NCBI RefSeq assembly: GCF_963921235.1
Contig: NC_086108.1
Span: forward strand, 40,922,001-40,986,000
Length of the DNA stretch: 64,000 nucleotides
Origin: Mobula hypostoma
Taxonomy: Eukaryota
Reading direction: 5' to 3'
Shown here: piece after piece, positions 24,501-37,987 of the stretch
Layout of the letters: each line of letters begins with the position of its first letter
Numbering within the stretch: position 1 is the stretch's first letter
The notes under the pieces: generated by a model
Told to the model about the DNA's origin: nothing
Database searches by the model: none
What the model saw: the letters and a program-made list of their open reading frames with translations, nothing else
Made by a program: the position numbers and the translations under genes

Positions 24501-27500
24501 TTAAGGGTTCGTGTGTTTCCTCCACCATGTATCTGGGGCTTCTGGGTCCTCAAGGTGCATGGACCCGAGCTCCTGAATGCTCTTTCACCATTATAAATGG
24601 TTATGGGACAAGGATTCCCAAGAGTCAATGAAATTCTATATTCTGCATTCTGCTATTGTTTTTCTCTCTGTGCTACCTCAATGTATTTACATTGTGAAAT
24701 GATGGTCAGGGAGATGTGTGAAGCTGGAGCTGGAAGGTGATAGGTGGAACCATATGAGGAGAGAGTTGATGGGAAGCTGGAAACTAAAACTGGGCTGATC
24801 CGCTTTTTTTCCATCAGCAGTTGAGTCAATGGGCTGAAGTACTCCTCTCTGCTCAGTTGTGAATTCAGCAATTCACCAATATTGATTATGCTGTACTTTG
24901 GGCAAACAGCTGACTATATATAGCTAGATGTTTCTAAAATGAACGATTGACTTTCAATTCTCTTTCATATACTTGTGATTTTTTCTGGTTAAACACATTG
25001 CATTGCAAAAGTGCTGATCCAAACTATGGTCAGTACCAGTTTATTGTGGTTGATTAGCATTCCAGGGGCAAACATTTTTGCTCCTTCATCTCAAAAGACA
25101 TGTGTATCTCTGAAATATGACGAACATGCTTCCTGTCTTACAGTGTTGAAGGTACAGTATATTAAAGTCATTCACTTTTGATTTCAGGTTAGACAGAAGC
25201 ATTATTTGTCATCTCAAATTCACTGGTAGTTTTGTTATGATGCAATAATTCTGTTTGCTTTATTGAAAGATAAACTCTGTTGCTTTAGGATTTAAATGGA
25301 AACAGATTTTCATATATATCGGAATTCTTCTAAAAGTAGTATTTATCTTCTACTGAACAAAGGAATAATGAAACTAAGAACACCAACTACTCTAATGAAT
25401 CCAGAAATGCTCCAGAATAATTCCAGGTCAAGAACAGTGTCAAATGGAAACAGGAATTGATATTTGACAATGACCATATAGTCAGGGGTCAAGTTGCAAT
25501 GCAATAAGTCAGAGCTCACAACCACTTCAACAGAAAGTGATATTGGCTCAATCCTGCGCACTTTCCAATCCATTCTTTCCAGTACATGAAAATAGAAACA
25601 AAACTGCAGATACTGGAAATAAGACCATAAGACATAGGAACAGAACAGGGCCAATCTCTGTTTGAGTTCTGACCTGACTCTTTAATTCTGTTTTTCTTTC
25701 CACAGCTGTTGCCTGACTTGCTGAGTGTTTTCAACGTTTTGTGCTTATATAATGACTCCTTCGTTCAAAGAGTAACGGAGAAGGTTAGAAAGCAGCAGCA
25801 CGAGTAGGCCATTCTGCTTTGTCATTCAATGTGATCATGGCTAATCCTCTATCTCAGCACCATATTTCCTCTCTCTCTTCACCTCTTGGTGGTTATTACA
25901 TCTAAATATTAATCTCCCTCCTTCTCAAATATATTTTAAATGTTGGAAACATATGCTATTAGATTCTTTATGTGCAGAATCCAGAACAGAATTAATATGA
26001 ATGGCATTGTTGTATGCAAAATATAAAATCTTTAACAATCCCAGGTTGCTACAAGTTAGTGATTCAGGAAGAGGGAGCAGCTGCGATAGCTGGAATGTTA
26101 TGGTTGGGAATGGATACTTTAGCTTAATGTACAGAATATCTATCTATACATATGTACAGCATAAAGTGGCTGTTTTGTGAGACTGACTTTGCAGCCGCCA
26201 TTTGATGAACTTAATCTTCACCAGGATAACATAATCAGAACAACCAAACATGGATGCAAGGAGTTTCTGTTGATGAATTGTTAAACCTGAGACCATTTTC
26301 AGGTAAGAAGCTGTTAATAGTGTAAAATGGCATGTTTGCAGAGTACCTAGGCCCAGTATCCGGGTGACCTAGTCCGACTGGTTTGAATGAGTCGGAGTTT
26401 AAAAGAACGAAAGAAGTTGAAGGTGAAGACCATAAAACAATACTGCTTGTAGCTCTGGGCTACATTCGGTGGGAATCTGATACAGGTCAGTCGAATGACC
26501 TTGAACCAATGAAACTGAAACATCATAGATTGACCTGATCAGGAAAAGTATAAATTAGAAGGTTTTGGGAGCTCAGGGAGCAACAGCTCCAGAGACCAAC
26601 CATTGCGGATGTGGAGGATTCCATGTTGGACACGTGGAAATCATATTGGGACCACAAGAAATGCCTGGCCAGTGTAGACACTTTTACCCGTGTGTCACCC
26701 TTTCTCTTCTTTGTCTGTTCATGGAGGGTCAAGGAAACACAGATATTCAGTTTTGTAAATTTAAGTGCTTATGAACTGACAGAACACACACACACATATG
26801 CACACAGAAATATATTATATCAGAAGGCATAGCATCCAAGCATAGGGGTAGGAAAATGATGGATCAGAGGTGAAAGAATGTAGAGCTCTTAAATCATTGC
26901 ATAGCTTTAGATGCTTGCAGGTAGAGAGATATAGAATTACAGGGAAATTTTATGATGAATAATCTTGAATCCAAAGCACTTGGGAGCTAATGCAGGAAAA
27001 TAAGCATGGGAGAGGTCAGTAAGCACAAGATCATGTTCGTAGAGTTTTGGAAGAGGATGCAGAAGGAAGGATAACCCAAGTCAGGAAACCATAAATTCAA
27101 ATATATTAAGGAACTGGATTCAATCACAGCAAATTTAGTTTTAATGGCTTGAAGTAAGGAATAATGGATTCTAGGTCTTGTTTCTAGAGCTTTGACTAAT
27201 TAAATCATGATCAAAATCAAGAAATCTGCAATGTTTAGATTCCTTTTTGACAAGTTTGAGTGCAGGAAATACTTCTAAATTGAGAATTAGTTTATTAATT
27301 TAAACTGGATAGAAAAGGACACAGTTAATTCAGATCTAAAAGAGAAACAAAGCCTATGGCAAATCCAATTCAAATTTTTATGATAATTATTATGACTCAG
27401 AAGACCTTTATGAGAAGCACCGAGGCGTGAGCCTTGTTAGCATACTCTTATTAGTGAAAACATCAGGCAAAGGGAGTAATTCCAAAGGTATTCCTATTAC

Positions 27501-27709
27501 ACGTGATCTGTGTTGTAGGTGCATAATTACAATCAAAACTGGAAATTGTTCCAGTCTATCTGATGCTCTTGGTTTACTGATGGGTAATTTACGCCTGAGC
27601 ATAGGAGAACTTTTTGATCTATTTGCGGATTATAAAAGAAAGCCGATTGGGGGTGGGGAATAATTATCAGACGAAGAGTGCGCAGGGAGCAAATCTCATC
27701 ATGGTTAGA

Positions 27710-28555
27710 GATTCAAAGTTCAAAGTAAAATTATTATCAAAGCTCATATATGTCACCATATACAAACTGAGATACATTTTCTTGCAGGCAATCACAGTAA
27801 ATACAAGAAACACAACAGAACCAATGAAAGACTGGACAGGAAGGATAGACAACCTATGTGCAAGAGACAACAAACTGAAAGTACACAAAGAAATAATAAT
27901 AATAGTAATAAAATAAGTAATTTTGGTTGAGAACAAGAGATGAAGAGTCCTTGAAAGTGACCCCATAGGCTGTAGAAGCAGTTCAGTGTGGGTAAGTGAA
28001 GTTGAGTGAAATTATTCCCCCTGGTTCAAAAACTTGATGGTTGAGGGGTAATAACTGTTCCTGAGCCTGGTAGTGTGGCTCCTAAGACTCCTGTACCTCC
28101 TTCCTGATGTCAGCAGTGAGAAGCATGCCTGACCTGAACAGCGGGGTTCCTTGATGATGGAAGCAGCTTTCCTGCAACGGCTCTCCGTGTAAATGTGCTC
28201 AACGGTGGCAAGGTGCCTTACCTGTGATGGACTGGACCATTTCCACTTCTGTTTGTAGGTTTTTTCATACAAGGGCATTGGTGTTTCCATACCAGGCTGT
28301 GATGCAACCAGTCAATATGCTATCCACTGCACACCTATAGAAGTTTATCAAAGTTCTAGATAACATGCCGAATCTTAGTAGACTTCAAAGAAAGAAGCGG
28401 TGCTGCCATGCTGTTTTTCGTAATGGCACTTACATGATGGACCCAGGGTAGATCCTCTGAAGTGATAACACAGAGGAATCTATAGTTGCTAATCCTCTTC
28501 AGCCCTGATCCCCCAGTGAGAAAAGACTCATGGGCCTTTGGGTTCCTCCTCCTGG
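27710..28555 (-). mobile_element. Rex1/Babar LINE 3' fragment
   Basis: ORF 28012-28290 has KAASIIKEP..FSLLTSGRRYRSLRSHTTRLRNSYYPSTIKFLN; (TTTGAAC)n tail. Confidence 0.9.
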
Positions 28556-28859
28556 TTTGGTTACAGTAATGTGGTACTCTTGAATAAAGGAACTCCCAAG
28601 TTCTTTACTCATATAAGGCTAAATGGAATGTGGTCTAATATCAGCTGACTCCCTTCAATCTCACTTCTTCTACAGCAAATAGTTACCAACTCAAACAAGC
28701 TCTGCTTGACCAGTGTTAACCACTCTGCCTTTAGAGAGATTCATAGAGAATACTTGTATTGCAATATACTAAAATTCCACACATACTTACATGCATTATT
28801 TGATATTCAATCAAATGATGCCTGTAGCTCAATATAAATGGTGAGATTGTGGCTCAAAT

Positions 28860-29657
28860 GTAGCTTTTTTTTTGCTTTGAAGGGATGACCTTGGAGACAA
28901 AGAAGAGTTAGGGGTCAGGTTGGGGTTTGGGATCAGGGATGTGGGGAAATTAGAGGTCTGGTGGAGTCTAGGCTGCTGCTCCACATTCGAAGGTCAATGA
29001 CATGGATGTGGGACAATGGATATCCATGGTCAGATATCAGGCTGGCAGACCAGTGAGGATTAGGGCTTCTGCACACCACCACAAGGTCAGCTAGTTGTTG
29101 GTGGGTTCCAGGACCAGAGTTCTATGCGGGTAGGAGGCACAGGGGTTGGTGGGGGGGAGGTTGACAACTCTCTCAGAAATGAATCACCATAAATGGATTC
29201 TAGGCCTTGGGTTCAGGATCCCATCATCAGTAAGTCTGGAGTTTTGGGTCGTCATCCAACATCTTCATTGGTGGTAATCGGCAAGTACTGGGGTTGATGC
29301 CACAGGAGTTTTGGAAATCTGAACATCAAGGACCGATGGCCAAAGCCTGGGTCTGTGAATCTCTGCAAGTCTGCTAGGGAAGTCCAAGGCCTCATTTCTG
29401 TGAGTCCAAGTCCACTGGAGGCTTGGAGTGTGAGAGTGTGTGTGTGTCTGTGTCTGTCTGGGGTAATGGGCTTGATTTGCTTCTGTTGGTTTGTTGTTGC
29501 GTGTGAGTTCTGTGTGTTGCGTGTGGTGGGCATATGGTAGCAAGAGTTGCGGGCTGCCCCCAGCACATCCTTAAGTTGTGTTGGTTGTTAATGTAAATGA
29601 CATATTCCACTGTATGCTTCGATGTAGATATGATATATAAAAAATCTAAATCTGAAA
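28860..29657 (+). mobile_element. Non-autonomous LINE-tail element (same family as 30898-31590)
   Basis: Shares gttggtgggttccaggacc and the 3' block gggcat..tggtagcaagagttgcgggctgcccccagcacatcct...ttccactgtatgcttcgatgta with 31110-31590. Confidence 0.6.
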
Positions 29658-30799
29658 CTATTTCTGTTGATGTATTGTTGCAATAGCCACTGCATTTAGT
29701 GGACTGTTGTTCGCTTCAATAAAGGACATTTGGTTCAAAGCTCAAACTTAAACTACAAGGTAGAACGATCAATGAATACCACAGGAACATAAACCCCAGA
29801 AATTCAGCCCAAATCAAGAATGAGTCATGGTCCTGGAGTTCAGTGCTGCACAGCTCGACACAGTATAGGGGCAACGAAGCACAGCAAAAACTAGACACTC
29901 CAATCGCTTAAAACAGAACTGACATTACTGTACAGAATGCAGGATGAAATTTGAAGCAATAATCCTTACATGTGCAACAGATCAGAAACAAATTGACAAA
30001 TAAATCCTGCTTTTGAAATAGCTGGAATGTTTCAAAAAATTTTCATGTTTTGATAATCTGTAAGAACAGTGCTTGCAGAATGAATAGCAGAGTGTTTTGT
30101 TCAAGCTGAATTCCTCAGGGCACCATAACCCAAACTCTGATCAAGTATTGCAACACAAGGTGTGGGCTGTCCTCCCCAAACAGGCCAAGCATGTGGGCTT
30201 ATTCTTTTGTGTGAATAGAACTTTAACATGTAAGTCAGATTTTACGTGCAGAAACTAGTTGTATTCCTTCTGAAGCCTGTTGTGGGGGAGGTTTCAGATA
30301 AGATCTTTATTTTTTAAAATGTAGATTCCAATCAGATTATCATGCTGTGCTTTTCTATGCACAAATGAAAGAGTCAAAGGACAAACATTTCTATAAAATC
30401 TTACAATTCTCTGTCCTCCAATTAATTCCTCATCCTTATTTCTATTCTTGTTGAGTCTTTCCCAGGGCCATTAAACTCTATGCTATTTTACAGTTAACTG
30501 ATTGGTAACAGAGCTTCCCTATCGATTTAGTCTGAGTCAGCAACTTATCCATAAGTAGCTGTAATACATCTAGTGAAACATACCATGATCTTCCAAAGTT
30601 CAAGAACTTCTTCCAACTTCTCCAACTTTCTGATATAAATTCTTCCAAAGCCCTCATCATGTCTATAGCCTTGGCCACAAGTCCTCAAAGATATCCTATT
30701 TCTTTATTTATTGAGTCATAGTATGCTGATATCACTGGCATCTAGCTATTGTCCATTTTCAATCACCCATTAAAGAATATGATTAGTTCAGGGGAAAAT

Positions 30800-31712
30800 A
30801 AAGAACACACAGGAGACCGCAATGCTACAGTTCTGAGCAAAACACAATGCCGGAGGAACTCAATGGATCGGCCAGCATCTATGGAGGGAAATAGACACCC
30901 AAGGTGACACTGAACTGCGGTCTCTGTTGAGATAGTGACACAGATTTAATTGTTTTTTTTAAGTTTGTAGGGTGGCTTCGGGGACAGAAAGGGGGGTTAA
31001 AGTTTAGGTTATGGTTTAGTAACAGTGATGTGGGGGAGTTAGAGCTTTGCTCCTCACAGCCAGTGACGTGGTCAAGTGATGAAGGACATTTGTGGATGAT
31101 AAGCTGCCCCTAGGTTGGTGGGTCCCAGGATCGGATGCCCGCACAAGCAGGAGACGCGATGTTTAGCATGCTCAGAGTTCAAGCCTGCAGTTCAGGGCCA
31201 CGTCATCTGCTCGGCTGTGGTTGATAGCGAAGACTGAATCCCAAAAGTTGATCAGAAGTCTAGAAGCGGAAGCTCAGTTGTCGAAGACTAGAGACTGGAT
31301 GCCGGAGAAAGGAGATGGGAGACCTGCCGTCGAGATGGAAGACTGTCCGGGTGTGTAGGTGGGAAGTAGAGTGGGAGGGAGGAAATGGGCTTGTTCTGCA
31401 TCTGTTGTTTTGTTACTAGTTGTGTTGTATGCTGTTCTGCCAAGCACAGTGGGCATGCCGTGTTGGCACCAGAATTTGTGGCAACTCTTGTGCACTGCCC
31501 CCTGCACACTCCTAAGATAGTTGATTGTTAAAGCAAACAATGCATTTCACTGTATATTTTGATGTACATGTGATAAGTAACTGTGATTCGATGTTTAAAG
31601 TCAAGACCTTCATCTGGACTTCAGTTTCAACTGGAAACATTGATTGTCCATTTCCCTCCATAAATGTTCCCTGACCCACTGAGTTCTTCCAACATTTTGA
31701 TAGCAAAGTACA
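30800..31712. mobile_element. Inverted Penelope pLTR pair interrupted by a non-autonomous LINE-tail element (30898-31590, +)
   Basis: The minus pLTR breaks at ggaaatagaca (30897) and resumes as tcgatgttt..agaccttcatctggact (31588-31620); a plus pLTR follows at 31625-31712. Confidence 0.65.
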
Positions 31713-32444
31713 AACCACATTACTGCACTTTGGGGTTATCCCTGGCCAGAATGCGTGCAGGTGGAAGAGCTCATATGGGAAAATGAGGAGGTGACAGATA
31801 GAAGCTGCAGAGAGCTAGTCACCCCTATGTTGCGGTAGGCAGCTACCTGAGAGATGTCAGAAGACGGAAAAGGAATAGGCAGTCAGTGCAGAGTACCTCT
31901 GTGATCATTCCCCTCAATAATAAGTATACTGCTTTGGATATCACTGGGGGTGAAGCTGCAGCGAACTGATCTCTGGCATCGAGTCTGTCTCTGAGGCTCA
32001 GAAGGGAAGAGGAGAGAAAAGGGGTGCAGTAGGGATAGGGGATTCCATAATTAGAGGAGCAGAAAACAGATTCTGTGGATGTGAAAGAGACAACCAGATG
32101 GTATGTGACCTCCCAGGTGCCAGGGTCAGGGACAACTCGGATCGGGCTGACAGTATTTTAATGGGTGAGGATGAACAACCAGAAGTTGTGGTACATATCT
32201 GTAGCAACAAGATAGGTAGGAAAAGGGAGGAGGGAGGAGGGCCTGAAGAGAGAATACATGGAGTTGGGCAGAAAGCTGAAAAGCAGGAACTCCAGGGTAG
32301 TAATCTTTGGACTGCTGCCTGTGCCATGTGCCAATGAGGGCAAGAACAGGATGATTTGGCAGATGAATGCATGGCTGAGGAATTGGTTTAGGGGGCAGGA
32401 TTGCAGATCTCTGGATCATTGGGAACTCTTCTGGGAAGATATGA

Positions 32445-33457
32445 TGTCATATGGTGGGGGCTGGGAACAGACCCAACTGCAAGACACAGACACTGAAGTA
32501 CCAGGGACAGGACTAGGATACAGGGTGAGGGCAAGGACATGGACACAAAAACCAGGAACCCGGAACAGGACTGGACAAGAGAGCTAGTAGCCCGGGCTTG
32601 GACTCCGAGCCAGAGACTGGACAAGGATCCAGTATCTGGGTCTTGCTTCTGGCCCGGACCCCAGAACTAGGCAAGGATGAGACTTGGCTGGCAGCCAGGA
32701 CGAGGCTTGATACCAGAGACTTGAGGCGCGAGGCTTGGGGTCTTGAAGCTTGGTTTGGGGTGAGGCTCGGGGCTTGGGGTCTTGAAGCTCCTCCTGGGCA
32801 GGGCGTGGTACTCCACTCAACGGAGGCAAGGGACAGGAAGGGACAGAACCAACCATAGGTAACGGCAAGACAGCCTGGCTTACCCGACGGAGGCAAGGGA
32901 CAGAACCAACTGCACTGTAACGACAAGACAGCCTGACTTACCCGGCGGAGGCAAGGGACAGGAAGCTAGCTAGGTACAGGGTGACTCCAAGACAAGACTT
33001 CAGGCAAGACGAGGCAAGAGTTACCAGCAAGACAAAGCAAGGCTTCAGGCAATGCAAGGCGAGCCAAGAACGTCAGGCGAGGTGAGAATTACAGGCAAGG
33101 CAAGGCGAGGCGAGGCGAGAGTTACAGGCGAGGCGAGGCGAGAGTTACAGGCGAGGCGAGGCGAGACGAGAGTTACAGGCCAGGCGAGGCGAGGCAAGGC
33201 AAGGCAAGGGAAGGCGAGCCAAGAACTTCAGGCGAGGCGAGGAAACAGAAGGCAGGGAAAGGGATGCAAGGACAAGAATAATCCAGCAGCCACACCCTGG
33301 TCTCTGGAGGTATTTATTCAGCCAGCCCCAACCAGAATCAGCTGCCTCAATTAGTGCTCAACAAGAACAGAAACAGGGTAGATAGGAAAACCTGGAGCAA
33401 GGATCGATGGACCGGACTGTGAACCGGAATGCGGACTTCACAGACTGGACCATGACA
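32445..33457 (-). mobile_element. Solo LTR (Gypsy-like), 1013 bp, 5-bp TSD
   Basis: Termini TGTCA...TGACA; TATGA at 32440-32444 and 33458-33462; removing it restores the CR1 sequence ctgggaagatatgacctg. TATA-like gaataaatacc on the minus strand near 33310. Confidence 0.9.
32995..33242 (+). repeat. (AGGCR)n pentamer array inside the solo LTR
   Basis: aggcgaggcg/aggcaaggca runs punctuated by gagttac. Confidence 0.85.
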
Positions 33458-33609
33458 TATGACCTGCAGGTTGTATCTGATGCCGACAGGGAACAATGTC
33501 CTTGCAGGCAGGTCTGCTAGAGCTGTTGAGGAGGGTCTAGACTAATTTGACAGGGTTATGGGAAACAGAGTGACAGGGCAGAGGTTGGGCAGTTAGTATA
33601 CAAGTTAAT

Positions 33610-33890
33610 ATGGAAGGTCTAACAGTCAAGAAGGCAGTCTCTGCAAGCGTTGTGGAACGTGTAGAGCAGGACAAGACACAGAAGACGTCTTGGTCATCCA
33701 CTGCGCCTAGTTCCATCTCCAGTCGTCTCGACTCTTGTCTTGCCACTGGATCCAGATGGGAATTGGGAAGAGAGAGTGAGGCTGATGCTGCGCAACTCTC
33801 CCTCCAAATCCAAATCACATGCTAGTCTAGACACCATCATCATCATGACGGTGTCGAGGTCTTCATCGACGAAGACGACGGGCAAACAAC
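33610..33890 (+). mobile_element. 5'-truncated copy of a short non-autonomous retroelement (RTE-like)
   Basis: Highly similar to 51438-51710; ends in aaacaac; imperfect TSD agtatacaagt / agtacaaaagt within the host CR1. Confidence 0.75.
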
Positions 33891-36849
33891 AGTACAAAAG
33901 TAGATGCAGTTTTCAGTGAAGCTGAGGAAGGACAAGCAGATGATAGGGCAAAATGGCAGTCAATGGGATGAGTTAAAGTGTAAAAAGGAAACAAAATCAA
34001 AAAGTGTGATTAATACTGGACTGAACGTGTTATTCTTGAAAGCACGCAGTATATGGAATAAGGTAGATGATCTTGTGGCACAGTTAGAAATTGGCAGTTT
34101 TGATGTTTTGGACATCACTAAATCATGGCTGAAAGATCTTAGCTGGGAGCTTAACATCCAAGGATACGCATTGTATCAAAGGGTCAGGCATAGGGGATGA
34201 GGTGGCTCTGTTGGTAAATTGAAATCAAAACTTTAGAAAGAGGTGACATAGGATCAGAAGATGTAGAATCCTTGAAAATAGAGTTAAGAAACTGAAAGAG
34301 TAAAAAGACCCTGATGGGTGTTCTATATAAACCCAAGATGTGGGCAAAAAATTACCACAGGAGACAGAAGAGGCATGTAAAAGTGGCAACGTTGTGAAAG
34401 CCATGAGGGACTTCAGTGATAGAACTGATGGCTTTTCATCCACGTTTGTGGATGATATGAAGATAGGTGGAGACATGGATAGTGTTGAGGAAGCAGGGTG
34501 TCTGCCGAAGGACCTAGACAGATTGGGAGAATGGGAAAAGAATCGACAGATGGAATATAATGTAGAGAAGAACATGGTCATGCTCTTTGGTAGAAGGAAT
34601 GAAGGCACAGACTATTTTGTAAATGAGAAGAAAATTCAAATATCAGATATGCAGGATTCCTTAAAAGTTAATTTGCAGGTTCAGTCAGTGGTAAGGGTGG
34701 AAAGTGCAATGTTGGCATTCATTTCAAGAGGACAAGAATACGAAAGTAAGGATATACTGCTGAGGCTTTATAATTGTTATATGGTTATGGCTATATATGG
34801 TCAGATGGCATGTGGAATATTGTGAGCAGCTTTAGGTCCTTTGTTCAAAAAAAGTTGTGCTGGCATTGGAGAAGGTCTAGAGGATGTCCATAAGAAGGAT
34901 CCCAAAAATGAGAAGGTTAACATATGAGGAGCATTTGATGGTTCTGGGCCTGTACTCATTGGAGTTTAGAAGAATAAGGATGGAGGGATTTAATTGAAAC
35001 ATGTCAAACATTGAAAGGCCTCGACAGAGTGGATGTGGAGAGGATGTTTCCTATCATCTGAGAGTCTAGGACCAGAGGGCACAGCCTCAGAATGGAGGGA
35101 TGTCCATTTAGACCACAAAACATCTGTTTAGCCAGAGGGTGGTGAGTCTTTGCAATTCATTGCCACAGATAGCAATGCAGGTCAAGTTTTTGGGTATAGT
35201 TAAGGTTGATGGGTTCTTGACAAATCAGGACACTAAAGGTTATGAGGAGAAGGCAGGAGAATGGTGTTGAGAGGGATAATAAGTCAGCCGTGATGGAATG
35301 GCGGAGCAGACTCGATAGACTGAATGGCCTAATTCTACTCCTGTATCTTATTGTCTTATGGTCTTATAGTTCTTTCCCTGAAGGATGTACTAAATTGGAG
35401 AGACTTCAAAGGAAATGTGGTAACATTTTGGTAAACATAGCTAATGCTAGCTTTTCAGTTTCTGATTTATTTATTTTTTCAAGTTTAAATTCCACTGTTG
35501 CTATGTCGCTCTAGAAGAGCTCAGACATATGTGTCCATGTCATTATCTCTGGATATTAGCATGGATATAGAGATGTTTATCGAGTCTGCTCCATTTATCA
35601 TGTGACCAAGGATGTAGGCAAGATACATTCTTTAAATGTTTCCTCTTTATCAACAGATTGTGAAATGGAAAAGACTGACCATCAAGTTTGGACTTGCAAT
35701 CTAATCTTCAGTGTTTGTCTTTTTCGCATGAAAGGACATGAATATCCAATAATTCAAATGAATTAACATTGAATTAAGACTTGCCTGTGAACCTTGAATT
35801 ACAGTGTGCTTAGAGTACTTAGTGTGCAAACCCTGAATAGATTTTATACAACACCATGCAGAACTACTTTGTAACTTTAGCTATTAGTTTCATATTTTTA
35901 TGAAAACATTTGTGCATTTTTAAAGATCAGTGAGATTCCAAGGTTAGACAAAAGTCCCATTACCAAAATGTCATCCAAGGATACAGCTAGGGATTTCTGG
36001 AATTGCGTAATTTGCTTTCTACCATGTTTGTGTCCCTCTTACAGAGGCTTATATGTATGTTGCTTTTCAAAAGTTGAGACTGACGTCAAAGGTGGTTATT
36101 CTCAGTCTCACACATTTTCCTCAATTGGCTTCAAAGATGTAAGAAATTTTTGCTGACGCTTACTCTAACTGATCTGCATCCTTCCAATATCCTTGGTTGC
36201 CATAGAAACAAATTTGGCAGATTTTGTTGCTCAAAAGTTTATAAAGCTCTCCTAATAGAATCTTTTGATAGTGAATCTTTTGTAATCTGCTACTGGATTT
36301 ACAGTACTTAACTACTGATTGGTTTTTCGCCACAGTGTAAATACATTCTGAACTTCAAGTGAGGGGTTAATGCAAGAGCAGAGCAAAGTGGTTTGAAACT
36401 CCTTGGGGAAGGAGCGCTCACTCTAGATCGCTGTGGTGCCTACTGGGGCTTAGATCCTGTAACTTACACTCAGGATATATCATGATTTAACACAATGTCC
36501 TCGAGCAAGAGACATTATTATGAAGTTGGTGTGGGACATGGGATAAAAATATCTCATAGGGCACAATCAAAATTCCATTATTACTCAGAATATGTCAGTG
36601 GATAAACCTTCAGTTGTGCATCTTGGAGCTTATGCGTTCTTCATCTGCCTTCAACCTACTTGCTCACAGAGGTATCAGGACTCAGTAGCACAGCCATTTC
36701 CAATAGACACATCCTTTCTGCGAATGCCAATGAAATTTCTTATGAACCTTCACTGTGATCTGAATATGTGAATATGTTATTAAGTTTTGCCTCTCTTCTT
36801 ATAAGTTGTCCATCAATATGACTTGGTGTATCAGTAATTCAGTTTGATC

Positions 36850-37978
36850 CCAGGCTGCAACTGTGAGGATCATGTTTTTTGATTTCTCAGGTGCCTTCAA
36901 TACCATACAGCCCTCATTACTGGGGGAAAAGCTCTGTTCAATGCAGGATGGCATCTCCATTGTATCCGGGATAATGAACTACCTGACTGGCAGACCACAG
37001 TTTGTGCAGCTTCAGAGCTGTGTGTCAGATATGCGCTAAAGCAGAACTGCGGCCACACAGGGGACTGTAAAGGCTCCCTTTCTGTTTATCCTATATACCT
37101 TGGACTTTGGATATAACACTGAGTCATGTCATCTGTAGAAATTCTCTGGTGACTCAGCAATAGCTGGGGATATAAAGGGAGGATGGGAGGATGAATACAG
37201 GGCCCTGGTAGAGGACTTTATCAAATGGTGCAAGCTGAATCATCCGTAGCTCAACATCAATAAAACAAAGGAAATGGTGATGGACTTTAGGAAGACTAAG
37301 CCTGCACTGCTCCCTGTTACTACTGATGGTGAGGGTGTGGATGTGGTGAGGACTTACACATACCTGGGGGAGCACCTGGATGATAGACTTGGGTGGAGTG
37401 TCAACACAGAGGTTGTGTACAAGAAGGGCCAGAGTCGCTTCTACTTCCTGAGGAGACTGAGGTCCTTTGGAGTATCTAGGCCTCTCCTTCATATGTTCTA
37501 CCAGTCAGTTGTCAGCAGTACAATCTATGTGGAGGTGTGCTGGGGCAATGGCACCAACACAGGTAAAGCCAACAGGCTCAATAAACTGATTAGAAAAGCT
37601 GGCTCTGTTACAGGAGCGAAACTAGACACAGGAGACTGTGGTAGAACAAAGGACTCTACGGAAAATCCTGGCAATTCTGGACAACATTTCTCACCCTCTG
37701 CATGGCACCTTGGCTGAACAGAGGAGCACTTTTAGTAATAGACTAAGATGACCGCGCTGCTCCAAAGAGCGTTATATGAGGTCATTCTTACCCTCGGCCA
37801 TTAGGCTCCATAATGAATCAACCAATAGCTGTGGAAGTGATGACCCCCTCCTGTAAGACTGTTTGTAGAAACTTATTTTTTATTCTTTCTACTTCTTTTC
37901 TAATACTTCTATCTGTGCATTTGTAATGCTATTGTGACACTGTAATTTCCTTTCGGATCAATAAAGTATCTATCTATT
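36850..37978 (+). mobile_element. Rex1/Babar LINE 3' fragment, copy 1
   Basis: TVRIMFFDFSGAFNTIQP; ORF 37274 has MVMDFRK..YLGEHLDDRL..KKGQSRFYFLRRLRSF; tail aataaagtatctatcta. Confidence 0.93.
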
Positions 37979-37987
37979 TATAGTAAA

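Larger units (their letters stand above)
31745..35368 (+). mobile_element. CR1 LINE with ORF1 remnant and internally deleted ORF2, hosting two insertions
   Basis: ORF1 SGNH-like motifs (IGDSII, LPGARVRD, VVVHICSN); endonuclease start LKARSIWNKVDDL; RT FVDDMK; 3' tail cctgtatcttattgtcttatggtctta. Confidence 0.9.

Noticed and set aside
26195..26486. Coding exons (acceptor at 26194 with donor CAG/gtaaga at 26302; second candidate about 26342-26484)
   Set aside because: Stops interrupt the frames examined and there is no recognisable peptide; non-coding exons cannot be excluded.
30478..30700. Minus-strand host exon with donor ATG/gtatgt
   Set aside because: Weak acceptor, and the sequence resembles a decayed CR1 3' coding region.
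33052..33354. Arg/Gly-rich 100-aa ORF
   Set aside because: Translation of the pentamer array inside the solo LTR.
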